NCBI RefSeq assembly: GCF_030013595.1
Contig: NZ_CP122769.1
Strand: one strand, 5' to 3'
Source: Escherichia coli
GTDB lineage: Bacteria > Pseudomonadota > Gammaproteobacteria > Enterobacterales > Enterobacteriaceae
DNA length: 64,000 nucleotides
Positions 50,985 through 61,374 of this stretch are shown here, in pieces (within the stretch, counting starts at the first letter, position 1; each line of letters starts with the position of its first letter). Under the pieces are notes generated by a model. It was not told the origin of the DNA and searched no databases. It saw only the letters and a list, made by a program, of their open reading frames with translations. Made by a program: the position numbers and the translations under genes.

Positions 50985-51395
50985 ATGGCTATTTTAGCAA
51001 TCATTGCAGTTATCGCCCTGGGTGGGTACGCCTACGGATTTATTAAAACCCGTGAGCTGAGCGCTTTGCGTAAAGAAATGAAACTATACGTGGATCGCAT
51101 GGAAGCGGCGGAGCTGGACTTACACGCAATCAGAAGTGTAGCGGAGCACCGGTTGCACGGTGCAGGTAAACAGTTTGCCGACCTTTACAGCCGTATCGAC
51201 GGTGCAACTGTGACGCTGACACCCGAAGATCAGCTGTTACTGGCAACGATGCCATTTAATATTCAGGATGTAGAAGACATCGTAAACGAGCGCGGTCCAA
51301 AGACAATTAGCGGCCGTCCATTCTGGGAAGTTGAGCCAGGCCTGCATGATTATGAATATGGCCCGCAATATCCGTATTTCCCAGACCAGCGCTAG
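50985..51395 (+). CDS. hypothetical protein with N-terminal transmembrane helix
   Basis: 136-aa ORF; N-terminus MAILAIIAVIALGGYAYGFI; 12 bp upstream of HNH gene. Confidence 0.4.
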   Translation: MAILAIIAVIALGGYAYGFIKTRELSALRKEMKLYVDRMEAAELDLHAIRSVAEHRLHGAGKQFADLYSRIDGATVTLTPEDQLLLATMPFNIQDVEDIVNERGPKTISGRPFWEVEPGLHDYEYGPQYPYFPDQR

Positions 51396-51407
51396 GAAGA
51401 GATCAAG

Positions 51408-52223
51408 ATGAGAGAGCCAAGACCACGCCATACCTTGCAGGTCATTCGTGTACCTTCTCTGGAGGTTCAGGACCTGGGGCTGACCAGCTTTGATAGCTGG
51501 CTTGACGAGCACGGGTATGACAAAACGAATGCCAGAAATAACCGTACCATCTGGGCGAGAGAAGGCGGATGGCATCTGAAACGTTGCAGAAATCTTGAAA
51601 CTGGCACGGACGATTTCTGGTTTATCGCTTTCGATGGTAAAGGCGGGAAGATTTACCCGCTGAAAACCCAAAGAGACTACCGGGCTGCATATCGTAAGCT
51701 GGAAGCAGAAGGTTATGCGCCTGCGGTCATCGAGCAAATGACCACAGGCGCAGCATATAACCTGGCCTATCCACGTTCCACCCTAAAACAAGCTGAGACG
51801 GCCACCAGCGAGCCAATTCGGAAACCTGACGTAGATATCCAGGGTGAGCACTGCGAGCGCGTAGTGACGCAACGTAGTGGCGTGGCACAGGGTAAATTCA
51901 AAGCTCTGCTCATCGAGAATTTCGCAGGCCGTTGTGCGGTAACCGGTTGGGTTAATGGAGGTGTCCTGGATGCGGCACACATTGAACATGGAACCCGGTA
52001 CAATCCGTCTAATGGCATCCTGATGACTCCAACAATGCATGCGCTGTTTGATGCCGATCTTATGGGCATAGATCCGGCCACCCTGACCGTTCATTTTAAG
52101 CCAGGCATTGAGGTGGGCGAGCTGTTTGAAGGCCGTAAAATCACACCGCTGGTGTACGATCTGGACTTAGAGCGGCTGGCCGTACGCTGGGCAGAATACC
52201 AGGGCCTTGCTCAGGACCAATGA
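51408..52223 (+). CDS. HNH-family endonuclease
   Basis: C-terminal HNH signature CAVTGW...DAAHIEHGTRYNPSNGILMTPTMHALFD. Confidence 0.65.
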   Translation: MREPRPRHTLQVIRVPSLEVQDLGLTSFDSWLDEHGYDKTNARNNRTIWAREGGWHLKRCRNLETGTDDFWFIAFDGKGGKIYPLKTQRDYRAAYRKLEAEGYAPAVIEQMTTGAAYNLAYPRSTLKQAETATSEPIRKPDVDIQGEHCERVVTQRSGVAQGKFKALLIENFAGRCAVTGWVNGGVLDAAHIEHGTRYNPSNGILMTPTMHALFDADLMGIDPATLTVHFKPGIEVGELFEGRKITPLVYDLDLERLAVRWAEYQGLAQDQ

Positions 52224-52476
52224 AGGGTGACAGCCAGGTTGTGCCTAAACCTGGCAGTAAAACCTGCATGCCACAAACCTTTAAATTCTGACTCAAGAGC
52301 CTGGCACAAGATAAAAGCGAAATGAAAAGGTTAAAACCGGTGCACCAGACCTCTTAGGTTTAATACCTGAGCCAGTATACTGGCAGTCTCAGGTAAGTGG
52401 GTATCATACACTTCAGAAATATCCACACCGAGATAACCGCAACAGTTAAAGAGCTAAAAAGGACGGTTTTAATTTT

Positions 52477-52598
52477 ATGAATAAAACAGCTTTAATTATG
52501 ATTCTGGGAATCCTCGGATGTGGTAAAGCATTTGCAGCCACTGAATTACAGCTCCAGCAAAAACGCGTTATGCATTTCTGTGCCAATGCCAGCCTTCC
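52477..52598 (+). pseudogene. 5' end of a small lipoprotein gene truncated by IS1
   Basis: ATG with RBS AAAAAGGA; signal peptide with lipobox ILGC; coding frame runs into the IS1 left end. Confidence 0.3.
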
Positions 52599-52654
52599 GG
52601 GTGATGATGCCAACTTACTGATTTAGTGTATGATGGTGTTTTTGAGGTGCTCCA

Positions 52655-52930
52655 GTGGCTTCTGTTTCTATCAGCTGTCCCTCCTGTTCAGCTACTGACG
52701 GGGTGGTGCGTAACGGCAAAAGCACCGCCGGACATCAGCGCTATCTCTGCTCTCACTGCCGTAAAACATGGCAACTGCAGTTCACTTACACCGCTTCTCA
52801 ACCCGGTACGCACCAGAAAATCATTGATATGGCCATGAATGGCGTTGGATGCCGGGCAACCGCCCGCATTATGGGCGTTGGCCTCAACACGATTTTCCGC
52901 CATTTAAAAAACTCAGGCCGCAGTCGGTAA
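52655..52930 (+). CDS. insA: IS1 InsA
   Basis: 91-aa product with zinc-finger [10 protein letters not shown]...CSHCRK and HTH, matching IS1 InsA. Confidence 0.9.
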   Translation: MASVSISCPSCSATDGVVRNGKSTAGHQRYLCSHCRKTWQLQFTYTASQPGTHQKIIDMAMNGVGCRATARIMGVGLNTIFRHLKNSGRSR

Positions 52931-53352
52931 CCTCGCGCATACAGCCGGGCAGTGACGTCATCGTCTGCGCGGAAATGGACGAACAGTGGGGATACGTCGG
53001 GGCTAAATCGCGCCAGCGCTGGCTGTTTTACGCGTATGACAGGCTCCGGAAGACGGTTGTTGCGCACGTATTCGGTGAACGCACTATGGCGACGCTGGGG
53101 CGTCTTATGAGCCTGCTGTCACCCTTTGACGTGGTGATATGGATGACGGATGGCTGGCCGCTGTATGAATCCCGCCTGAAGGGAAAGCTGCACGTAATCA
53201 GCAAGCGATATACGCAGCGAATTGAGCGGCATAACCTGAATCTGAGGCAGCACCTGGCACGGCTGGGACGGAAGTCGCTGTCGTTCTCAAAATCGGTGGA
53301 GCTGCATGACAAAGTCATCGGGCATTATCTGAACATAAAACACTATCAATAA
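52849..53352 (+). CDS. insB: IS1 InsB (expressed as InsAB' by -1 frameshift)
   Basis: 167-aa frame overlapping insA 3' end; sequence matches IS1 InsB. Confidence 0.85.
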   Translation: MPGNRPHYGRWPQHDFPPFKKLRPQSVTSRIQPGSDVIVCAEMDEQWGYVGAKSRQRWLFYAYDRLRKTVVAHVFGERTMATLGRLMSLLSPFDVVIWMTDGWPLYESRLKGKLHVISKRYTQRIERHNLNLRQHLARLGRKSLSFSKSVELHDKVIGHYLNIKHYQ

Positions 53353-53510
53353 GTTGGAGTCATTACCGGCAGCATCAACTACATCGCAAGCAGTAAGAGT
53401 AAGTGACGATGCCACAGCAAGACACAATAAAGAAAATCTGTTTTTGAACATATTTGAGACCTTTTATAAAAATAAAATAACAGGAGAATTGTATCATTAA
53501 CAGTCTAGTT

Positions 53511-54176
53511 CTAACGACTACCACTTTTAAGTATGTATTGAGCCAGTTTTATATTCAGGCACACCATATTGCACTCTAGCTCTTTCATCATTCTTGAAGA
53601 ACTCTTAATTAAGTATTCTTCAAGTGGGCCAGCATATGCCCCTGATGTCACGATCGTTAGTTGCGTAAGAGGATGAGTCAAACTCTCAATGCCCTTCAGG
53701 ATGTCATTCTGGACAGCAGCAATATAAACAGGCGAAGCCGCAATCAAATATTCATCATTCGGGCTGGACTGCATTAACTGGCTTATAGTTGCGCAACGGT
53801 TATGCTTACCTAGTGATTTTGTGATGGCTTTCCACCAGAGATCATGCCTGAATGGTACTTGATGAAATGTCGCCTCGTAAGAGGGCACCCGATCTCGACT
53901 ATTTAAAAACCCCATCCCGGCAGAGATTATCCACAACTCCAGATTTCTGGTTGAGTTTAAAATTTCCTTTGCCGTAGACCAGTGATTACCTGAATACAAG
54001 GACAATGCCGGTACCGCCTGATTACTTCTGGCGTCGTCTACAATGTTACTCCAGGCATATGCTGCGTCGTCCGGGGTTTGTTTTGGATCTATGTCCAATG
54101 TCGGCCAGACGTGGCCCTGATGATTCTTGCCCTTTGTACAGGAAGTGATTAAGTGTACTGAGCGTTCAGAGAACAT
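53511..54176 (-). CDS. hypothetical protein
   Basis: 221-aa ORF downstream of and co-directional with 54234-54614; no recognisable motifs. Confidence 0.45.
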   Translation of the reverse strand: MFSERSVHLITSCTKGKNHQGHVWPTLDIDPKQTPDDAAYAWSNIVDDARSNQAVPALSLYSGNHWSTAKEILNSTRNLELWIISAGMGFLNSRDRVPSYEATFHQVPFRHDLWWKAITKSLGKHNRCATISQLMQSSPNDEYLIAASPVYIAAVQNDILKGIESLTHPLTQLTIVTSGAYAGPLEEYLIKSSSRMMKELECNMVCLNIKLAQYILKSGSR

Positions 54177-54233
54177 TATCTTCCTTACATACCCATAGAA
54201 CAGCTTTCTAAGAACGGTGGGCTCGCCTGAAAA

Positions 54234-54614
54234 TTACAAATCAGCCCCTTTCACGGCATCATTTTGATTCTTCGCGTCTGCCCCCAGTAAGATGACCGGT
54301 TTTCTGCATGACAGTGTTATTCCTAACAAACGCAACACAAAACCACGCCAGCCAGAGCAAATTTTTTCATTTGCTGCGTAAAGCCTATTGTTTTCTCTTT
54401 TAAGCTTCGCCCACTCGTTACAGAGGGTAACATCATCAAGCGCTGTTATATGCTTCGCCTCACCTTCGACGATAACGGTATGGATACCGTATGCTGTAAA
54501 TCTCATACTATTTTCCAGAACCCAGTTGCGGTATTCGTCGAGTCCACCTTCGGAACCGGTAGCTCTGCGCCACATTTCAATTTGCTTGTGTGATGGGTCA
54601 AGTGTACTTGTCAT
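54234..54614 (-). CDS. hypothetical protein
   Basis: 126-aa ORF; no recognisable motifs. Confidence 0.45.
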   Translation of the reverse strand: MTSTLDPSHKQIEMWRRATGSEGGLDEYRNWVLENSMRFTAYGIHTVIVEGEAKHITALDDVTLCNEWAKLKRENNRLYAANEKICSGWRGFVLRLLGITLSCRKPVILLGADAKNQNDAVKGADL

Positions 54615-55207
54615 TGAAGCCTCGTCTCAGCGATAACGCTTGAAATAGCCCGCTTTGGTCATCATGAAATTAGCCATCTGACTGGCGATTTGATTGTATC
54701 TTACTCATAGTGCCCTACCTATAGGTTAAAAAGGGGCATTTTCGCTTTATAGCGTGTTCAGCAGCATCAATCCTCCCAAGAAAGGCTGGCTTATTAAGCC
54801 GGTCCATCATTTTCTGTATATCTCTCATCAATTTTTATATCCGCCCTGGAGTGCACCGTTCAAGCACACCGATTAGGCAGATAGTCACTAGTTAACTCTT
54901 TACTAGTGACTAAATTCCATTGATATACGTGACAACGTCACGTCATGAAAGCTTTTAAATGCCTATTTTTCATACAATGGGATTTAATTAGGAGTAAATC
55001 CCATAGGCTTACATAAGGATGACAATTAAAAGCGTTAAATATCAACCAGATAGAATGATTACCCCCAATTAATGGGCTCATCACATTATTTCACTGGCTG
55101 GGGTTATTGCTGGCATATCTGAAAGTGCTAATATGTTAGTCATTAGTAATTAGTAAAGCCTTTACTAAACGCGTTTCTACGTAAATTCTATAGGTTTTAT
55201 AGGGTCC

Positions 55208-55290
55208 TGTCCGAGGACAATAAAGTTGTACACAAAGCACTAAAGTTGTAACCATTCTCAAAAAACGACGCTAATGTTGTATACTTACTG
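55208..55290 (+). repeat. Tn7-like end with three TnsB-binding-type repeats (AAAGTTGTA core)
   Basis: GACAATAAAGTTGTACAC, CACTAAAGTTGTAACC, CGCTAATGTTGTATAC in direct orientation within 80 bp of the TGT terminus. Confidence 0.6.
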
Positions 55291-55365
55291 AATGTGTGGT
55301 TATAGGGTTGGAGACTATAAAATGCACATATAGGTACGTATCAATGTCGTTTTTAGGGTACGATC

Positions 55366-56208
55366 ATGGCTAGGGGTAGGCGTCTCAAATCCTATTTGGA
55401 TTATGAAAATGCGCTAGGTGACGGCATAGGAGTGGGCTATGGCCAAAGTTATCAGCCCTGGCTTAGAGCTCAGGACGTTAAATCCCGTGGAAACCGTTCG
55501 ATAGTCTTTGGCCTTAAGACGTTTCGAAACCATCATCTCCTTTCTTCTGTCGAAAGTAACTTTTTCTATCTGGCTGAGTTTAATGACTCGGTGATTGATA
55601 TCCGGGAACAATTCCCACTCTTTCCTCTCCGGCTTACCCAACAAATAGCAAATCATCTACATTTTCAACATCCTATGGTGAGGGGAGTAAGAGGAGTACC
55701 TGTCGAAGTTCTGAATGTTATGACAACCGATTTTTTACTGACCTTGAGAACTCCTGAAGGCGGACTTCGATACAAAGCTATAGCAGTAAAACATAACGAG
55801 AGCATACCTGAACGCGAAGCCCAAAAACTTGAAATAGAGAGGATGTTTTGGCAGTTGATTGATGTTGAGTTTCAAATTTATGTTGGCTCGGAACTCAATA
55901 ACGTCGTCGGTAAAAACATTTGCTGGGCTACTTCTGTATTAAGAGATGGTTCTGAATTTTATGATAAATATCCTCTTGATAAAATCCTATGGAAGCTTAA
56001 ACCAGATGTTTATCCCATAGTAGGACTACGTGCAATGATTTCATCAATCTTTGGGGTAGATGCACAAGAAGCGATGATGTTATTGCAGGCAATGATTGGA
56101 TTAAAAATGATAAATGTTGATTTATCATATCCAATACTCGAAACCGGTCTGATAAAGATAATTTCCAATGACCACTATATAGGACTGAACGCAAATGGAT
56201 ATTATTAG
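55366..56208 (+). CDS. tnsA: TnsA-like endonuclease
   Basis: Colinear with Tn7 TnsA (YQPWLRAQDV..., HLLSS, IDIREQFPLFPL, LEIERMFWQ). Confidence 0.85.
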   Translation: MARGRRLKSYLDYENALGDGIGVGYGQSYQPWLRAQDVKSRGNRSIVFGLKTFRNHHLLSSVESNFFYLAEFNDSVIDIREQFPLFPLRLTQQIANHLHFQHPMVRGVRGVPVEVLNVMTTDFLLTLRTPEGGLRYKAIAVKHNESIPEREAQKLEIERMFWQLIDVEFQIYVGSELNNVVGKNICWATSVLRDGSEFYDKYPLDKILWKLKPDVYPIVGLRAMISSIFGVDAQEAMMLLQAMIGLKMINVDLSYPILETGLIKIISNDHYIGLNANGYY

Positions 56209-58318
56209 GAATTCAGTCTGGCTCTCTCAAGGCACTGATTTGCTTGCAGAGGGACTTTACCGTGTTTTGGATTTTGACAGAAAGGTCGATTTGTTAATTT
56301 TGTTTAAAATAAAATCAGAAAGAACGGGTAAGCCAATCCCTTTCTCATTTTCAATGTTTAAATATTATATTGAATCAAATAGCATAACTTGTAAAGATTA
56401 TATATATCCTTCATATATGTTAGTAGATGAGAAAGAATTAACAGATAAAGACAGAGGAAGGCGAGATGAAAATTACAATATCATTAAAGATCTTGTAGAT
56501 GACAGAATGTTTCTGTTCGACTATGCATTACATAAAAAGTCGCACCTTTTAATGGATTACTCAAGAAATAAAAAAATATCACAATATACTATCAGAACGC
56601 TTCTGGCGTTGTATTGGCGACATGGGCAGGATATTTATGCATTGCTACCCGCATTCTCGAACTGTGGCGCCGCTGGGAAAAGTAGAATCAAACATGAAAT
56701 TAAACTTGGGAATTCCAAAAAAAACAGAGCATTACCTAATGAACGATCACGTGTTTTCATTCTTAATGAAAGAGATATAAATAATATTAGAAAATCTCTC
56801 ATTACGTATCATTATAAAGTTAACGGAGATACGATAAAGAAAACATTAGAGAGACATATTGATTTGTATTTTAGGGATGAAATTAAAACAGCAAACCTAG
56901 AAAATAGAGCTCCATATGTTCCTTCTTTAAAACAATTTTCATACTGGAATAAAAAACTCTTCACTAAAGATTTCTCGATAAATAAGAAGAACACGAAAAA
57001 AGAAATAGACCTCAAAATGCGGGCGCTTTTAGGTAGTGTGGCTAATACAACTGTTTTGCCGGGTGATGTTTTCGAAATAGACTCAACTGTCGCTGATGTA
57101 CATCTTATTTCGAGTTTAAACAGACGAAAAGTCATTGGGCGTCCTACTATTTATACAGTGGTGGATCGTGCAACAAGAATGATTGTTGGCCTTCATGTTT
57201 CTTTATACCATGCTTCATGGCGAGCCGCCCGACAAGCGTTAGCAAATTGCTTTATGCCAAAAAAAGAATATTGTAGATTATTTGGAATCTCTATTACTGA
57301 TGATGATTGGCCTTGTTCTCACATTCCATTAACATTGATGTGTGACAACGGGGAGATGATTGGTCTTAAACCTCAGGAAGAGATGACCCCCCTGACAAAA
57401 CTTGAGTTTGCGCCAGTCGGTAGAGGCGACAGAAAAAGCATTGTTGAACGCTGTTTCGGCATTCTGAATGATGAGGTTATTCATAGGCTTATTGGAACAA
57501 CACGAAGGGGAAAGATTGTTAAAGGAGAGCCAACACCGCAATCCAGGGCTTGTTTAACGATTCAGGAGGTCACGTCTTTACTGATTCGGGAGATACTTGC
57601 ACATAATCAGAGAACGTATGAGGAACTGGCTTATATCAATCCCTTACTGATTGAAAATGATCTCGTAATATCACCAAAAAATAGTTGGATGATAAGCTTA
57701 AAGCACGGGAGATTCAGCGCAAGAGCCGTTGGGGCCGACGAAGTGATCGCACGATTGTTAATCCCTGTGAACGCTAACATTACCGCCGGTGGGATTCAGT
57801 ACAATAATCTTTTTTATGAATGTGATCCTGAAATTGCATCAGGTGTCAGAGTATTTGGAAGAACCACTTGTGAAGCAAGAATAGATGACAATTGCGTAGA
57901 TTATATATATGTAAGATTTGACAAAAATAGCATTTTCAAAAAACATTACCTACTTAAGAAAAGAGATGTATTTAAAGGGAAAGCTCATCTTGATACAGAT
58001 GTAATGGCTGATTGGGTAGATACTCAAAAAGAAATTAATTTATTTACTCTGGATTCGCTCAGCAATATCAATAATAAAGATGAATTTAACAGGAAAGGTA
58101 ACGAAAGATTAAATGAAATATACGAATCTCGCCGGGTACATGGTAAAGATATTAAAAAGAACAGAAAAAATGAACTTGATTCATTAGGGCGAACTCATGT
58201 TGCTAATGGAAGATCTGAACCCCTACTTCCTTCATCCAGTAATGTTCTGCTTTTGCCTGGCCGGGAGGAGAAACAAAGATGGTTAAAAGGTAAGAAGAAG
58301 ACTGAGGACGCAGAATAA
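56195..58318 (+). CDS. tnsB: TnsB-like DDE transposase
   Basis: 707-aa product in TnsB position, overlapping tnsA stop; Mu/Tn7-type transposase organisation. Confidence 0.8.
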   Translation: MDIIRNSVWLSQGTDLLAEGLYRVLDFDRKVDLLILFKIKSERTGKPIPFSFSMFKYYIESNSITCKDYIYPSYMLVDEKELTDKDRGRRDENYNIIKDLVDDRMFLFDYALHKKSHLLMDYSRNKKISQYTIRTLLALYWRHGQDIYALLPAFSNCGAAGKSRIKHEIKLGNSKKNRALPNERSRVFILNERDINNIRKSLITYHYKVNGDTIKKTLERHIDLYFRDEIKTANLENRAPYVPSLKQFSYWNKKLFTKDFSINKKNTKKEIDLKMRALLGSVANTTVLPGDVFEIDSTVADVHLISSLNRRKVIGRPTIYTVVDRATRMIVGLHVSLYHASWRAARQALANCFMPKKEYCRLFGISITDDDWPCSHIPLTLMCDNGEMIGLKPQEEMTPLTKLEFAPVGRGDRKSIVERCFGILNDEVIHRLIGTTRRGKIVKGEPTPQSRACLTIQEVTSLLIREILAHNQRTYEELAYINPLLIENDLVISPKNSWMISLKHGRFSARAVGADEVIARLLIPVNANITAGGIQYNNLFYECDPEIASGVRVFGRTTCEARIDDNCVDYIYVRFDKNSIFKKHYLLKKRDVFKGKAHLDTDVMADWVDTQKEINLFTLDSLSNINNKDEFNRKGNERLNEIYESRRVHGKDIKKNRKNELDSLGRTHVANGRSEPLLPSSSNVLLLPGREEKQRWLKGKKKTEDAE

Positions 58319-59766
58319 TGAATCTTATACGGCGCGTTTCAGCGATATATAAAGAACAGGAGTTACCTGAGTATCGTGGCAATCCCTTAATTGAAGCACT
58401 TCCTGAAGCGCTTACGGAAGATGAAGTACTTCTGGAAATGAGTTATTTCCCCGAAATTGACGAAAAAATCCGCTGGACTGCCCCGGCGAATGTTAGAGAG
58501 CAGTATGTCGAACGTATAAAGAAATTCCGTTGCCCTCAAACCAATCTTATCCAGGCTTATAAGATGATCTTACGGGCACTTAGGGAAAGCTATGCAGCTC
58601 GTAATCCTTTAAAAAGCGGAACAATTCAATATCTTCATTACTATGGAAATGAGCGTCCTGATATTGAGCCAGAAAGTGGATATTTTAAATCCCAGGCTGA
58701 AACTATTACGATAGTTGGAATGAGTGGTTCTGGAAAAACTACCATGATTGAGCAAGTCATGGAACATTTCCCTCAGATTATAGAACACAGCAGCTATAAA
58801 GGAGTTTTTCCCGGCTTCAGTAAGCAAATTGTATGGGTAAAGATTAATTGTCCATACAATTCAAGTGTGAGAGACCTTTGTGAAGAGATTTTACAAAAAT
58901 TAGATGATGCAATTGGTATTGAACGAACTACACCTGAGATTAGAAATGGTGCTCTGGCTCGCCAGATTGCACAAAGAATTAAATCATCATTTTTGGGTAT
59001 CCTTGTTATTGATGAAATGCAGAGGCTTAAATTTTCAAGAACCGGGGGTGAGAGTAAGTTGATTGATTTTTTACATGAAATTGTAGATTCCATGGGGGTA
59101 TCTATGGTTTTTTGTGGAAATCATCCTTTTGACGAGACGCTGACAAAGAAAATGAGAATTGCCAGGCGGGCAGAGTCTGGTGGTTACATGAAAATTAAGA
59201 ATGTTAGATACGATTCACAAGACTGGCAATCGTTTATTCATTATTTATGGCCATTACAATGGACAAATGTTGAAACTCCATTAAATGATGAGTTAAACGA
59301 AAAATTATTCATTTTATCTAAAGGCAATATTGGATTGGCTCAGATGATTTATCGGGGGGCACAATTAAAGGTTATCGGTAGCGGCAATGAAATCATCACT
59401 GGCGCAGTCTTGTCGGCCTCTGTACCGGTACTCGTGAGTCATACGGAGGAATATAAGGATACTCCACTCCCGGGGGCCGCGACTGAAGATGAGGAAGCTA
59501 AATGGCTCTCTGCATCTAATGAGGGTGATGCTTCGGCTAAAATCATGGCAGAGAAGTCCCTAAAGTCTTTGATCCCTGGGGATATAGACAGGCCACAGCA
59601 CAAGGAATTCGTAGGAAAAATAGACGAGGTTTTGCGCAATTTCGACGAGAAAATACTGTCTCTTGACCACGATCTTGTTATCAACAGAACAGCTGAAAAG
59701 AAAAATACCTACGATGCTCTTCAGCGTTGCGGGCTTATAAATATAGATCCACTTAATAAATTGTAA
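58318..59766 (+). CDS. tnsC: TnsC-like AAA+ ATPase
   Basis: Walker A GMSGSGKTT, Walker B LVIDEMQRL; start overlaps tnsB stop. Confidence 0.85.
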   Translation: MNLIRRVSAIYKEQELPEYRGNPLIEALPEALTEDEVLLEMSYFPEIDEKIRWTAPANVREQYVERIKKFRCPQTNLIQAYKMILRALRESYAARNPLKSGTIQYLHYYGNERPDIEPESGYFKSQAETITIVGMSGSGKTTMIEQVMEHFPQIIEHSSYKGVFPGFSKQIVWVKINCPYNSSVRDLCEEILQKLDDAIGIERTTPEIRNGALARQIAQRIKSSFLGILVIDEMQRLKFSRTGGESKLIDFLHEIVDSMGVSMVFCGNHPFDETLTKKMRIARRAESGGYMKIKNVRYDSQDWQSFIHYLWPLQWTNVETPLNDELNEKLFILSKGNIGLAQMIYRGAQLKVIGSGNEIITGAVLSASVPVLVSHTEEYKDTPLPGAATEDEEAKWLSASNEGDASAKIMAEKSLKSLIPGDIDRPQHKEFVGKIDEVLRNFDEKILSLDHDLVINRTAEKKNTYDALQRCGLINIDPLNKL

Positions 59767-59797
59767 TGAGGTAACAGTTCGTAACGGTCAAAGAGAG

Positions 59798-61363
59798 GTG
59801 TGGGAAATGAGAATGTTGCCTGTTTTGCCTGATGAATCCTTGTTCAGCCGGTTTTGTCGGACAACTACCGTGTACGGTATGTCCCCATCTTCTCTGTTAA
59901 CGATCATTTTCAACAAACCTGATATGAACGTCCATCCAATTCTCAATTCAGGATTAAAGGCTATTTCTCTTCATACATCCGAAAGTGCAGATCAGCTCTG
60001 GCATGAACAGACTTTACTCCCTCTTTTTGCCTGGGCACTACCAATCAGTCGTAATGAAATTATGGATTTCAACACGACCCCTGCCAGGCTTAATCGATTG
60101 TGCCGCCTTAGTAATTTTTCACTAGGGCAGCGCACACTATTGAAGTTTTGCCCGGTTTGCGCTCGTGAAGATACTTTTCATTATGGTGTTACTTATTGGC
60201 ATCTGGCGCATCAGCTTCATGGGGTTACAACCTGCCATCGGCATCCGGTAGCGCTTGAAAGCATCCATGTCCCTTCTTCACCGCACATACGTATTGGACT
60301 GATGCCTCCTGTTTCGTATACAGAACAACTTAGCAATGAGATAGACTTCGATTTTGCTAAGTTTTGTTATGAGTCCCTAAATATAATCAGAAGAAAAGAT
60401 ATTACACACCCCAATTACATGGATGTACTTAAAAAGTTGAATTTATTATCATTGGATGGAAATTTAAAGAAAAATGTATTCTACGCACATGTTTATGCTA
60501 AGTGCCAGTTATTTGGGGAGGGTTCATCGGGACTTATACCAACATCCCTAACTGATTATCATTACTGGGAGCCTATACTCAAAGACAAATGTTGTCAGCA
60601 TCCCACAAAGCATCTTTTGCTTTGTTATTGTTTGTTAAATACTTGCTGGCCAACGTATGCAGGAAGTCGTACTAATAAAAAGAAAGAAATCTTTAAAAGT
60701 CATAAGAAATACAGTTTTCATATAGTTGAAAATAATACTAGTGTTAGCAACCTTGGGAAGGAATTTAGTCGCAGCAGATGTTACATTAAAACACTTATTT
60801 ATAAAAAATACCTGAGGGCGTTTAAGCGAAACACAAAAATTAATATATTCACTGAATTGCTTATCAAGTCTATGGCTGTAAGGGGGTTTAGTCTGGCATC
60901 CATAGCTGAGAAAAACTCATTATCGGAAGGAGCTGTATCCTCTGTAATTTCATCTTGTTACGGTTTATGCTCATGGCGTAAAAAATGTAAAAAAGATTCT
61001 TTAAGACGGCGTCATAAGCAGAAAATATTAAGATTTATACATAATCAATCCGTTTCTATAACACGAAAGTTAGTCAAAGAAAGTTGTTATGCAAGTTTCT
61101 ATTGGCTAAATAAACATGAATGTGACTGGCTTAATTCCTGTCTTCCTAAAACAATACGATGCTATAAAAATAAAAGAGTAGACTGGAGCGAGAGAGATAT
61201 TATCTCATCATCATTAATAAATGATGTTTTATCTCAGGGGCAGTACTCGATGTCACTTACAAGTCTAGATGCTTTACTGGGAGGGCATGGCTGGCTTTTG
61301 AAATACAGAGATAAACTACCAATGACAATGATACTTCTCAGAAAAATGGAACTAATTAAATAA
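59798..61363 (+). CDS. tnsD: TnsD/TniQ-family target-selection protein
   Basis: N-terminal zinc-finger pattern CPVCAREDTFHYGVTYWHLAHQLHGVTTCHRHP characteristic of TniQ/TnsD. Confidence 0.7.
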   Translation: MWEMRMLPVLPDESLFSRFCRTTTVYGMSPSSLLTIIFNKPDMNVHPILNSGLKAISLHTSESADQLWHEQTLLPLFAWALPISRNEIMDFNTTPARLNRLCRLSNFSLGQRTLLKFCPVCAREDTFHYGVTYWHLAHQLHGVTTCHRHPVALESIHVPSSPHIRIGLMPPVSYTEQLSNEIDFDFAKFCYESLNIIRRKDITHPNYMDVLKKLNLLSLDGNLKKNVFYAHVYAKCQLFGEGSSGLIPTSLTDYHYWEPILKDKCCQHPTKHLLLCYCLLNTCWPTYAGSRTNKKKEIFKSHKKYSFHIVENNTSVSNLGKEFSRSRCYIKTLIYKKYLRAFKRNTKINIFTELLIKSMAVRGFSLASIAEKNSLSEGAVSSVISSCYGLCSWRKKCKKDSLRRRHKQKILRFIHNQSVSITRKLVKESCYASFYWLNKHECDWLNSCLPKTIRCYKNKRVDWSERDIISSSLINDVLSQGQYSMSLTSLDALLGGHGWLLKYRDKLPMTMILLRKMELIK

Positions 61364-61374
61364 GAGGGAGTTAT

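Larger units (their letters stand above)
52599..53366 (+). mobile_element. IS1 insertion sequence (768 bp)
   Basis: Left end GGTGATGATGCCAACTTACTGATTTAGTGTATGATGGTG and right end ...AAGTTGGAGTCATTACC match the IS1 terminal repeats; contains insA and insB. No direct repeat at the flanks. Confidence 0.9.

Noticed and set aside
54650-55207. Second transposon end suggested by short palindromes (GTCACTAGT...ACTAGTGAC, TAGTAAAGCCTTTACTA) just outside the Tn7-like terminus
   Set aside because: Isolated short palindromes without repeated transposase-binding motifs or adjacent transposase genes; could equally be target-site sequence.
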